Shown here piece after piece: positions 19,283 to 27,332 of a DNA stretch of 29,646 bases. Positions within the stretch are counted from its first letter, which is position 1. Every line of letters begins with the position of its first letter. Source of the stretch: Candidatus Hodarchaeota archaeon (lineage in GTDB: Archaea > Asgardarchaeota > Heimdallarchaeia > Hodarchaeales > Hodarchaeaceae); assembly GCA_029856365.1 (NCBI GenBank), contig JAHQWW010000032.1:1-29646 (forward strand), in the 5' to 3' direction. The notes under the pieces are model-generated. The model worked only from the letters and a program-made list of their open reading frames with translations, was not told the DNA's origin and did no database searches. The position numbers and the translations under genes are program-made.

Positions 19283-20128
19283 ATGGAATCCAAAGTTATC
19301 CTCAGAACATGCCAGGAGAATCTAGTTGGACTCGACGAAGAAATTCAGTTAATCCTTGCTGCAATTAATAGCCAAATTGCTACTGTTATTGAGGGAGAGT
19401 CAGGTGTCGGTAAGACTGAATTAGTTAAAACAATAGCAAAGGCTCTCGGACGACCCTTTTATCGAGTTGACGGAGATGAAAATCTCACAATCACTCACCT
19501 TCGAGGATGGTTTGACCCACCTTTGGTCATGAAAACAGGTTTTGGTGAAGAAAGTTTCATCCCTGGCCCATTAGTCAATGCTATGCAACAAGGAGGATTA
19601 TTTTTCTTTAATGAAGTTAATCGCGCTCCGAGTGAATCCATAAATGGTGTTCTTGCAGCCCTAGATGAACGACAAATTGAAATTCCCCAGCTTGGGCGAG
19701 TTCAAGCAAAAAATGAATTTTACTCAATTTTTGCTAGAAATCCTGCAGAATATATAGGAACCAATCCATTACCAGAAGCATTTTTTGACAGATGTATTTT
19801 AATTCGCTTAGAACACAAATCTGGTGATGAAGCGAAAAGAATTGTTCGACTTAGGACGAATTACACTGATGATGATCTAATAGCGAAAATTGTTCTTTTT
19901 ACTGATCGAACACGATATTCAGCGAATTTTGAAGCAGGAGCAAGTGTACGGGCCGCAATTCAGCTCACTCAACTTCTGAAAAACAGGCCAACAACTCCCG
20001 ATGTTATTTTTCCCGCCATTTATGCGGTTTATTCAGGTAAAGTCAAACTGCATCCAGATATTAATAAAACAGTTGAAGACTGCCTTTTTGAAATCGCAGA
20101 ACCGATTTTTTTCCCAAAAAAATCTTAA
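19283..20128 (+). CDS. MoxR-family AAA+ ATPase (CoxD/GvpN-like)
   Basis: Walker A GESGVGKT, variant Walker B FFFNEVNR, FIPGPL, RNP.EY.GT.PLPEAFFDR, ASVRAAI. Confidence 0.9.
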   Translation: MESKVILRTCQENLVGLDEEIQLILAAINSQIATVIEGESGVGKTELVKTIAKALGRPFYRVDGDENLTITHLRGWFDPPLVMKTGFGEESFIPGPLVNAMQQGGLFFFNEVNRAPSESINGVLAALDERQIEIPQLGRVQAKNEFYSIFARNPAEYIGTNPLPEAFFDRCILIRLEHKSGDEAKRIVRLRTNYTDDDLIAKIVLFTDRTRYSANFEAGASVRAAIQLTQLLKNRPTTPDVIFPAIYAVYSGKVKLHPDINKTVEDCLFEIAEPIFFPKKS

Positions 20129-20150
20129 GGCGGGACAACGATCCCGCTTT
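20107..20150 (+). other. Candidate -1 programmed ribosomal frameshift signal (slippery heptamers plus stem-loop)
   Basis: In-frame T_TTT_TTC (20107-20113) and A_AAA_AAA (20116-20122). Hairpin AAGGCGGGA-caacga-TCCCGCTTT (20127-20150). The -1 frame is open from 20092 into the vWA ORF. Confidence 0.6.
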
Positions 20151-20190
20151 TCATTTTCAGGCTGTTCATGATACAAAAATTCACACCCAT

Positions 20191-21150
20191 TTGCTTGAAA
20201 AAATCTATGAGTATCAGCTACAAAACAAATTAAATATTGAAATCGCTCTAGAATTAACAAAACAGGCACTGGAAACGCAAAACATACAAGTTATCGAAAT
20301 TCTAGCTGAAAATTATCCACGAACTGTTGTAGAAGTTCTGCAAATTGATCCTAATAATGCTGATTTTATTTTAGAATCTAATTCTTTATTTTTTCAAATT
20401 AAAGAGCACTTTTCGCCGAAGGAAAAACAGATACTCTTACAAAAGCTTATTCCTAAATTATTTAGGCAAGCTAAAAGAATATTTCACGCAATTGATCGTA
20501 CAAGATACCCTATGAAGATTCCCTATGTCCCTGGTAGTTCATGGGATTTGGAAAAAACAGTAGCTAATTTTCTTCTTTCAGGGGACTCTTACTTTACTTA
20601 CAATCATGTTATTTGTAGTAAAAGAAAATGGAAACAAAAATATGCTGTATTACTAATTGATAAGAGTCATTCGGTATTAAGTTATCTCAAACTGATTATT
20701 CTCACATCTATTTTGTTTAGCTTAACACTCAATATAAAAGAAATTTCTTTGATTGGCTTCGATACCCGAACAGAAGTTATTAAAGGATTCATTGACTCAC
20801 AGATGACTACACAGGACATCATTACCAAGCTAGTTAATATTCGTTCTGGGGGAAAGACTGATATCTTTTTGGCTTTAAAAGCAGCAAAAAAAGAATTTTC
20901 CCACCAAATTGGAGGAAAAAAAACTCTTATTATAATATCTGATCTCCTTGCCACAAGTGGAATGGATTTTCTACCCATTCTAAGTCAAATGGAGGACGTC
21001 CGTGTCATTCTTACTCCACGACGCCAAACACTCCAACTTACCTCTCCCATTCTCGGAAAACTGAGAAAATTGCCCAATATTAAGCTCTATTTAATGAAAC
21101 CTGATGAACGGACAATTCCTGCAATGTTGGAAAAAGTTCTGTATGATTAA
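20191..21150 (+). CDS. von Willebrand factor A (vWA/MIDAS) protein, CoxE-like MoxR partner; possibly translated as a -1 frameshift fusion to the AAA+
   Basis: MIDAS motif LLIDKSHS, GGKTDI, IIISD; DLEKTV motif. Only a TTG without an obvious RBS near the 5' end. Confidence 0.85.
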   Translation: MLEKIYEYQLQNKLNIEIALELTKQALETQNIQVIEILAENYPRTVVEVLQIDPNNADFILESNSLFFQIKEHFSPKEKQILLQKLIPKLFRQAKRIFHAIDRTRYPMKIPYVPGSSWDLEKTVANFLLSGDSYFTYNHVICSKRKWKQKYAVLLIDKSHSVLSYLKLIILTSILFSLTLNIKEISLIGFDTRTEVIKGFIDSQMTTQDIITKLVNIRSGGKTDIFLALKAAKKEFSHQIGGKKTLIIISDLLATSGMDFLPILSQMEDVRVILTPRRQTLQLTSPILGKLRKLPNIKLYLMKPDERTIPAMLEKVLYD

Positions 21151-22643
21151 GAATCAGTAACAACTTGCGAACGAGTTTCTGCAGTAATGTGTTTTACAAT
21201 TTTTTCATATTTACTTAAATGGAAGATACGATAGATTCTGAGAATTCTTTCTCGAAAACTTGGGTGATCACTGTTTTTTTCAGCTGTTTGAAAAAGTTCG
21301 TGTTCAAAAACCATTTTCTCTGGTTGAGCAATTAATGTGGCAATAAAACTGTCAATTTCCTCGTCTTCAAGAGTTGAACTAGCATCATAATCAAAATGCC
21401 TCCAATCAATGGTTTTTTCCTTTAGAATACTAGGAGTGAAATCTGCCTCATCCGTCTCGTCATCGTCTATTGTCGCAAAGTATTTAGCTCTCTTTTCTAG
21501 TAAAACAGGAACAGCTCTGTTTACAAGATGTTTCCTTGTCTCAATGTCCAGATCTATACCGTAATGAGTCACAAATTCTTCGAGTTTCTCTTCCAAGAAT
21601 AATTTCGGGGCAATTTCACGAGCAACATCCTCGTTAAGTTGTGTTTTAGGAAAACGTTGGTAAATATTCCTTAGAAATGGACTAGAAGGCTTTTTGTCTT
21701 CAGAAAGACTCGACAACCACTCAATCTCTCGTGATAGCACTTGCATTGTTTCACTACGTTGACCTAGATGAATTAAAGAGTTAATTAGAACATCTGAACC
21801 AACCAAAGTAGCTGCAAAATAATCTGCAAGATATTCAGCCTGACGATTAGCAGAATAAAGGAAATGAACTGTAATCTTTGTGACAAATGCTATTACCAAA
21901 TAAACTAATCCCAAAAAAATTATTCGTTCAAATGCTATTCCAGGATTTAATGTATCAAATATTGCATCTAATATGCCCGTAATAATTTGAAGATAGAGGA
22001 AAATGTAAACGAGATTAAGAAACAAACGGGGAATAGACAAAATTAATCGAATTAGACTATCACTATTTTTTATGTGGGCAAGCTCATGAGCAATAACTGC
22101 TTCAATTTCTTTATCATCCAGAATTTCGAGAACATTGGTATTAAGTACTAAGTATGGTCTTCGAAAAAATGGAATCGGGAGAAGATCTAGAGAGAACGCA
22201 TTAGGTACCGCTTTTCGATAAACAAAGATCTTTTTGACTTTGATTCTCACCTTTCTTGATACTCTTGTTACTAGTTCGACAGTTTTATCGACCAACGGAG
22301 CTTCTTCGGGAGCATAAGAGGGGCCATATAACGATTCAGGATAAATCTGAACCATATTCTTATTTGAAAACACAATATTGACCAAAAATCCCAGTAACAA
22401 TAATTGTAACCCAGCTGTTAGCACTATTAACAAAGCAGTAAATCTAGGGTCAGCCATGGGGTTAATAGAAATATAAAAACCTAATATATGCCTTTGAGTA
22501 ATCCATTGAAATTTCAAATATTCTGGTTTTGGTTCTTGACTAACGCTAATCCATGAAACAATTACTATTTGGACCAAAGCTAATGTGAAAAATATCATCG
22601 CATTAGAAATCCGCGAAACTCTGATTCTTAGAATTGAAACCAA
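21147..22643 (-). CDS. M48/HtpX-family membrane zinc metalloprotease with a large C-terminal insertion
   Basis: PNAF, EIEAVIAHELAHIKN (HExxH), RQAEYLAD, C-terminal DHPSFRERI; TM helices. Confidence 0.88.
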   Translation of the reverse strand: MVSILRIRVSRISNAMIFFTLALVQIVIVSWISVSQEPKPEYLKFQWITQRHILGFYISINPMADPRFTALLIVLTAGLQLLLLGFLVNIVFSNKNMVQIYPESLYGPSYAPEEAPLVDKTVELVTRVSRKVRIKVKKIFVYRKAVPNAFSLDLLPIPFFRRPYLVLNTNVLEILDDKEIEAVIAHELAHIKNSDSLIRLILSIPRLFLNLVYIFLYLQIITGILDAIFDTLNPGIAFERIIFLGLVYLVIAFVTKITVHFLYSANRQAEYLADYFAATLVGSDVLINSLIHLGQRSETMQVLSREIEWLSSLSEDKKPSSPFLRNIYQRFPKTQLNEDVAREIAPKLFLEEKLEEFVTHYGIDLDIETRKHLVNRAVPVLLEKRAKYFATIDDDETDEADFTPSILKEKTIDWRHFDYDASSTLEDEEIDSFIATLIAQPEKMVFEHELFQTAEKNSDHPSFRERILRIYRIFHLSKYEKIVKHITAETRSQVVTDS

Positions 22644-22820
22644 TTAAGTACCCCATCTTTCATGAAGTATTTTCTTTACTTATGTTTCAAAAAGAGCGAT
22701 CGTTCTTAAAGTCATTTATACGTAGATAATATCTTTATTTCCTTTTTTTTATGTGGATTCTCTTTCTCTTGCTTTAAATCATATAAACAATCAAGCTTCT
22801 TCTTTCTTCACATCAATAAT

Positions 22821-25589
22821 TTACCAATATCCTGCTATCTTTTTCAACAGAGGTATTCTATGTGCAAGGAATGTCCGAACTTCATCCACAATCACGAGAA
22901 TACTGCTGAAGCCAATAATTACAACCCAATCAATGGGATTAAGTGCAGTAGTGTTGAAAAATGGTTGGAAAAAAGGAATGTAGACTATTAATATATGAAG
23001 AATCACTGAACTTGCAATCGCTAGTAAAAGGTATGGATTTCTAAAGAACTCTTTTCCAAGCAACGAATGTTCTTCTTTCCGAATATTGAGAGCCATAATC
23101 ATTTGAAAAATAATCAGCATTGTGAAAGCAACTGTTTGTGCATGGATTCGAGTATCTTCAGGAGGAAGCTGGCCAGCAATAACATCCGGGTACATGTATA
23201 AGAAAAATAATAGTAATGTTCCAACAGCAATGATGATTCCCGAATACACTATGAAAAAGATAGATTTTTGGGTTAAAATCGGTTCTTTAGGATCGCGGGG
23301 TTGTCTGGTCATGACATCAGGATCAGGAGGATCAACTCCCATGGCTAACGCAGGAAGTCCATCCGTTACTAGATTAACCCAAAGAATTTGAATGGCTAAT
23401 AAGGGTAATATAGGCGTTTCAAAGATCAATGAAGTAAGTAGAATACCAAAGAACATTACAGCGATTTCCCCAGCGTTACAGGAGAGTAGGTAAAGAATAA
23501 ATTTCCTCATATTGTCAAAAATCGTCCTCCCCTCAAGAATTGCCCCAACTATGGTTGAGAAATCATCATCAGCCAAAATCATATCAGAAGCTTCTTTAGA
23601 GACATCTGTTCCTGCAATACCCATAGCTACGCCAATATCAGCTCGCTTCAAAGCAGGTGCATCATTCACCCCGTCTCCCGTCATTGCTACAATCTGATTA
23701 TTTGATTTTAATGCAGAAACAATTTTTAACTTGTGTTCTGGAGAAACCCGAGCATATACATTAATATCCATGACGATGGATGTAAACTCCTCATCACTCA
23801 TCTGAGCTAATTGAGTACCTTCAAAATACTGAGAAGAGTCTTCAGAAGAGACTAAACCTATCTCTGTGGCAACTGCGACTGCTGTTTTTAGATGATCACC
23901 TGTAATCATGACTGGTCGGATCCCAGCTTTTTTACAAATCTCAATCGATGTTTTAGTGCCTTGTCTTGGAGGATCCATGATAGCCATAGCTCCCACATAG
24001 ACCAAATTTGACTCTATCTCTTCAGAATCCTCGGATAATATTATACGGTCAATTTTATCTTCTTCTGGATTTAATGTTTTAAAAGCCATACCAAGCATTC
24101 GATAACCAGTTTTTGCAAGATTCTGCTCTGCTTCTTCAAATCTGAATCGTGTTTCCTCATCAAGTGGTTTAACTTCACCATTAGAGTAGTAATAAGTACA
24201 TAAGTTAATAAGAACATCAGGAGCACCTTTTGAGAAAACAAAATACTCCCCCTGGAGATTCTTAACTAATACACTCATACGTTTTGAATCAGAATCAAAG
24301 GGAATTTCATAAAGACGTTTATATTTTGTCCGATCAAAAACATTCATTCTTTTTGCTACTCTCAATAATGCGATTTCAGTGGGATCACCAATATCTACCT
24401 CCTTTGAACCTCCTCCTTTAGACTCTGCTATTTGTGCATTATTACATTCTAAACCAATGGTGATAATCAAATTAATTGTCTCATTCAAGAATGTATTCTT
24501 AGTTATACTATATTCTTCATCAGCGGTAAGGATTTTCCTGACTGTCATTTTATTTCTTGTAAGTGTTCCCGTTTTATCAGAACAGATAACTGTTGTTGAT
24601 CCGAGCGTTTCAACGGAGGGAAGACGCCTAATTATAGCATTTTTCTTACTCATACGTTGAACTCCAAGAGCTAATGCAAGAGTGACCACGGCAGGTAAAC
24701 CTTCAGGAACAGCAGCCACAGCTAAACCAACAGCAACAATGAACATTTCAATGGGTCCTCGATTTAATAAAATACCAATAATGAAAATGATTGCACAGAT
24801 GGTTAAGCTGCCGATCCCAATCCATTTTCCAAGAGTAGCTAATCTTTTTTGGAGGGGGGTTTCTTCTGTCTTTTCCTCTAATAAACCCTTAGCAATCTTA
24901 CCAAATTCAGTTTGCATGCCAGTTTTGACAATTAGAGCTTGACCACGACCTCGTGTGACACTGGTACCACTAAATACGGAGTTTTCCTGGTCAGCAATAG
25001 AAGCATATTGCGGAACTTGACTCATAGCTTCCTTTGCAGCGGGGAAAGACTCTCCAGTGAGCGCAGATTCATCAACACGAAGAGAATGTGATTCAAGAAG
25101 ACGCCCGTCGGCAGGAATTTTATCTCCTTCTTCAATAAGAATAATGTCTCCAGGTACCAAGAATTGAGCTTCAATTCGTTGTTTCTTACCCTCTCGAATG
25201 ACGGTAGAGAAGGGAGCAGCCATGGATTTCAAAGCTTCGATGGATTTCTCTGCTTTATACTCTTGAATGAAACCGAAAAAAGCGTTAAACGTGACGATGG
25301 CAGAAATTGCCAAAGCATCAATAAAATATTCCACTCTTTGATGCTTATCTGGGGAAAAAAGACCTATAATAACTGATATAACTAAAGCAATAAGTAAAAT
25401 GATAACTAATGGATTTTTGAATTGTTCTAAAAAGAGAAATATTGGATGTCTTTTCTTCACTCGCTCTAATTCATTGAGGCCATATTGTCCGAGCCTTTCT
25501 TCTGCTTCTGCATTCGATAACCCACTATCATCCACCCCTAATTGATCGAATAAAGCTTTGAGAATCTCTGAATGCCAATGTTCATCCAT
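22821..25589 (-). CDS. P2A-type (SERCA/PacL-like) Ca2+-transporting P-type ATPase
   Basis: TGES, AVPEGL, CSDKTGTLT, KGAP, DPPR, TGDGVNDAPAL; M5 SCNAGE and M6 WVNLVTDG Ca ligands. Confidence 0.93.
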   Translation of the reverse strand: MDEHWHSEILKALFDQLGVDDSGLSNAEAEERLGQYGLNELERVKKRHPIFLFLEQFKNPLVIILLIALVISVIIGLFSPDKHQRVEYFIDALAISAIVTFNAFFGFIQEYKAEKSIEALKSMAAPFSTVIREGKKQRIEAQFLVPGDIILIEEGDKIPADGRLLESHSLRVDESALTGESFPAAKEAMSQVPQYASIADQENSVFSGTSVTRGRGQALIVKTGMQTEFGKIAKGLLEEKTEETPLQKRLATLGKWIGIGSLTICAIIFIIGILLNRGPIEMFIVAVGLAVAAVPEGLPAVVTLALALGVQRMSKKNAIIRRLPSVETLGSTTVICSDKTGTLTRNKMTVRKILTADEEYSITKNTFLNETINLIITIGLECNNAQIAESKGGGSKEVDIGDPTEIALLRVAKRMNVFDRTKYKRLYEIPFDSDSKRMSVLVKNLQGEYFVFSKGAPDVLINLCTYYYSNGEVKPLDEETRFRFEEAEQNLAKTGYRMLGMAFKTLNPEEDKIDRIILSEDSEEIESNLVYVGAMAIMDPPRQGTKTSIEICKKAGIRPVMITGDHLKTAVAVATEIGLVSSEDSSQYFEGTQLAQMSDEEFTSIVMDINVYARVSPEHKLKIVSALKSNNQIVAMTGDGVNDAPALKRADIGVAMGIAGTDVSKEASDMILADDDFSTIVGAILEGRTIFDNMRKFILYLLSCNAGEIAVMFFGILLTSLIFETPILPLLAIQILWVNLVTDGLPALAMGVDPPDPDVMTRQPRDPKEPILTQKSIFFIVYSGIIIAVGTLLLFFLYMYPDVIAGQLPPEDTRIHAQTVAFTMLIIFQMIMALNIRKEEHSLLGKEFFRNPYLLLAIASSVILHILIVYIPFFQPFFNTTALNPIDWVVIIGFSSILVIVDEVRTFLAHRIPLLKKIAGYW

Positions 25590-25651
25590 AAAAAATCACT
25601 CTAGATCTTGATAATGACTGTTTTTTTTTATGAAGTTGCTTATTGCGAAAA

Positions 25652-26449
25652 TTATGTTTTAGTATTGCTATGAGTAGCTTGGTCTGAAGATAAGTGAGTT
25701 AATGGAATCTTTATACTGTTTGGGTCACTTTTGGAGTGTATTTTTAGCTTTTTTATGATTGACTTTTTAATAGCTCTTATTAACCCCAAAATAAGAAAAA
25801 TCCTTGATATAGAATCTTTATCATCTAAATTAGGGAATAGAATACTCTTGACCTTTTCTCTCTCGGAATAGACAATAATTCCTAGTAGTAATAAGATTAA
25901 AAATACGTAAAGTAGATTACCAGTTAAATACAAAACGACAAAGGGAATGAAAAACCCAACAATAGCATTGGGAATGAAGTTATCATATGTACTTTGCTTT
26001 TTCTTTAGTTTCTTTCCAAGTTGGATCAAAGGCATTAAAAAGGTGTAAAGAACCAAAAAACTCTCCCAAGAAAGAAATAAGACCACACCACCAAGAGGAG
26101 CTCCACCCTTTCCTCCATGCCATTCCTTTTTATGTAACCAAATCAGAAGCGAATGAATATGTCCAGCAATAATCCCAAAGCTACCAAGAATAATTGCAGC
26201 CTCATAATAAGGAGAAGATTCAAAAAAAATCCTTATGATGAAAAGAGCGAATGCTGCTTTAAAAATATCAAATAATCCCACAAAAATCATTACTGGCCAT
26301 CCTAGAATTCGTCCAGTATTTGAAGCACCTAATTGACCAGTTCCTGCTTTCGTCAAATCGATTCCCTTTACGAAATAAACTAGAAAATAGGAAATGAAAA
26401 TTGATCCCATTAGATATCCAAAAAATCCTGCTATTACGACTTCAATCAT
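25652..26449 (-). CDS. plsY: PlsY-like acyl-phosphate:glycerol-3-phosphate acyltransferase (divergent)
   Basis: GYLMGSI, DL..AGTGQLGASNTGR (motif 1), DIFKA, AGH...GGKGGA (motif 2); multi-TM. Motif 3 is degenerate. Confidence 0.75.
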   Translation of the reverse strand: MIEVVIAGFFGYLMGSIFISYFLVYFVKGIDLTKAGTGQLGASNTGRILGWPVMIFVGLFDIFKAAFALFIIRIFFESSPYYEAAIILGSFGIIAGHIHSLLIWLHKKEWHGGKGGAPLGGVVLFLSWESFLVLYTFLMPLIQLGKKLKKKQSTYDNFIPNAIVGFFIPFVVLYLTGNLLYVFLILLLLGIIVYSEREKVKSILFPNLDDKDSISRIFLILGLIRAIKKSIIKKLKIHSKSDPNSIKIPLTHLSSDQATHSNTKT

Positions 26450-27329
26450 TGATTTTTTCTCCTTTATCTGAATTATCTAGAGAACTAAAACATGAAAGTA
26501 AAATCAAACCTGGTCCTGCATGAGTAACGATCATTGGATCAACGTTTCCTTGGATAATCTCATGATCGGGAAAATTATGTCTGATAATACCCTCAACTAC
26601 TTTCGCTTCTTCATCACAACTGAAATATCCTATTCCTATCATTTTGGGAACGAATTCTATATCTATACTATTAAACACTGATTCAATCATAAGATCAATA
26701 GCTTTTTGCCGATTTCGTGGCTTCCCTAAAAGAGAAATATCATCTCCACGCATCATTAACACAGGTTTGATGGAAAAGGTATTTGCCAGAAAGCTTACAA
26801 TTTTTAATTTAATTCGTCCACTTCTCTGAAGATATTTGAATGAATCAAGGGTTCCTATGATTTGAATCCTTTCACAGTACTCCGTGACCCTTCGAAGTAG
26901 TTCTGATAACTCATCCACTTGTTTTGCTGTGATGGCTGCTGCAATTGCAGTTAATCCAAGCCCCAAAGACCCAACACCGCATTCAAAACGAATTACTCGC
27001 GTTGGATTCTCTAATCGTTTAGCTGCAACTTTTGCTACACTCGAAGTAGCTGTAACCTTACTAGAGCTGTGAATGCTTAAAATAAAATCCACATTATCAC
27101 AAAGGTGTGTATAAGCCTTATAATATTCTGCTGGAGAAGGTGCTCCTGTTCTTAATTTCTTATTATTTTCTTTTATAATGCTTTTAATATCATCTGGATA
27201 TATATCAACTCCGCTACGGTAAACTTCATCCTCAATAAATACTGTGCCAGGAACAATAACAATACCATATTTAATGGCAAGCTTTGGAGGTAAATCACTC
27301 ATTGAATCGGTTACAATACCAACTTTCAA
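26442..27329 (-). CDS. DegV-family fatty-acid-binding protein (FakB-like)
   Basis: KVGIVTDSMSDLP, T..PSP, SIH.SS, YLQRSGRI, IKPVL, HAGPG. Stop overlaps the plsY start (ATGATTGA). Confidence 0.9.
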   Translation of the reverse strand: MKVGIVTDSMSDLPPKLAIKYGIVIVPGTVFIEDEVYRSGVDIYPDDIKSIIKENNKKLRTGAPSPAEYYKAYTHLCDNVDFILSIHSSSKVTATSSVAKVAAKRLENPTRVIRFECGVGSLGLGLTAIAAAITAKQVDELSELLRRVTEYCERIQIIGTLDSFKYLQRSGRIKLKIVSFLANTFSIKPVLMMRGDDISLLGKPRNRQKAIDLMIESVFNSIDIEFVPKMIGIGYFSCDEEAKVVEGIIRHNFPDHEIIQGNVDPMIVTHAGPGLILLSCFSSLDNSDKGEKIND

Positions 27330-27332
27330 TAT

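Noticed and set aside
20127-20157. Hairpin plus T-tract as a simple intrinsic terminator
   Set aside because: Not excluded but disfavoured. It would cut off the vWA partner, which lacks a clear start of its own; other terminators here lack GC hairpins; and its spacing from the A7 fits a frameshift stimulator.
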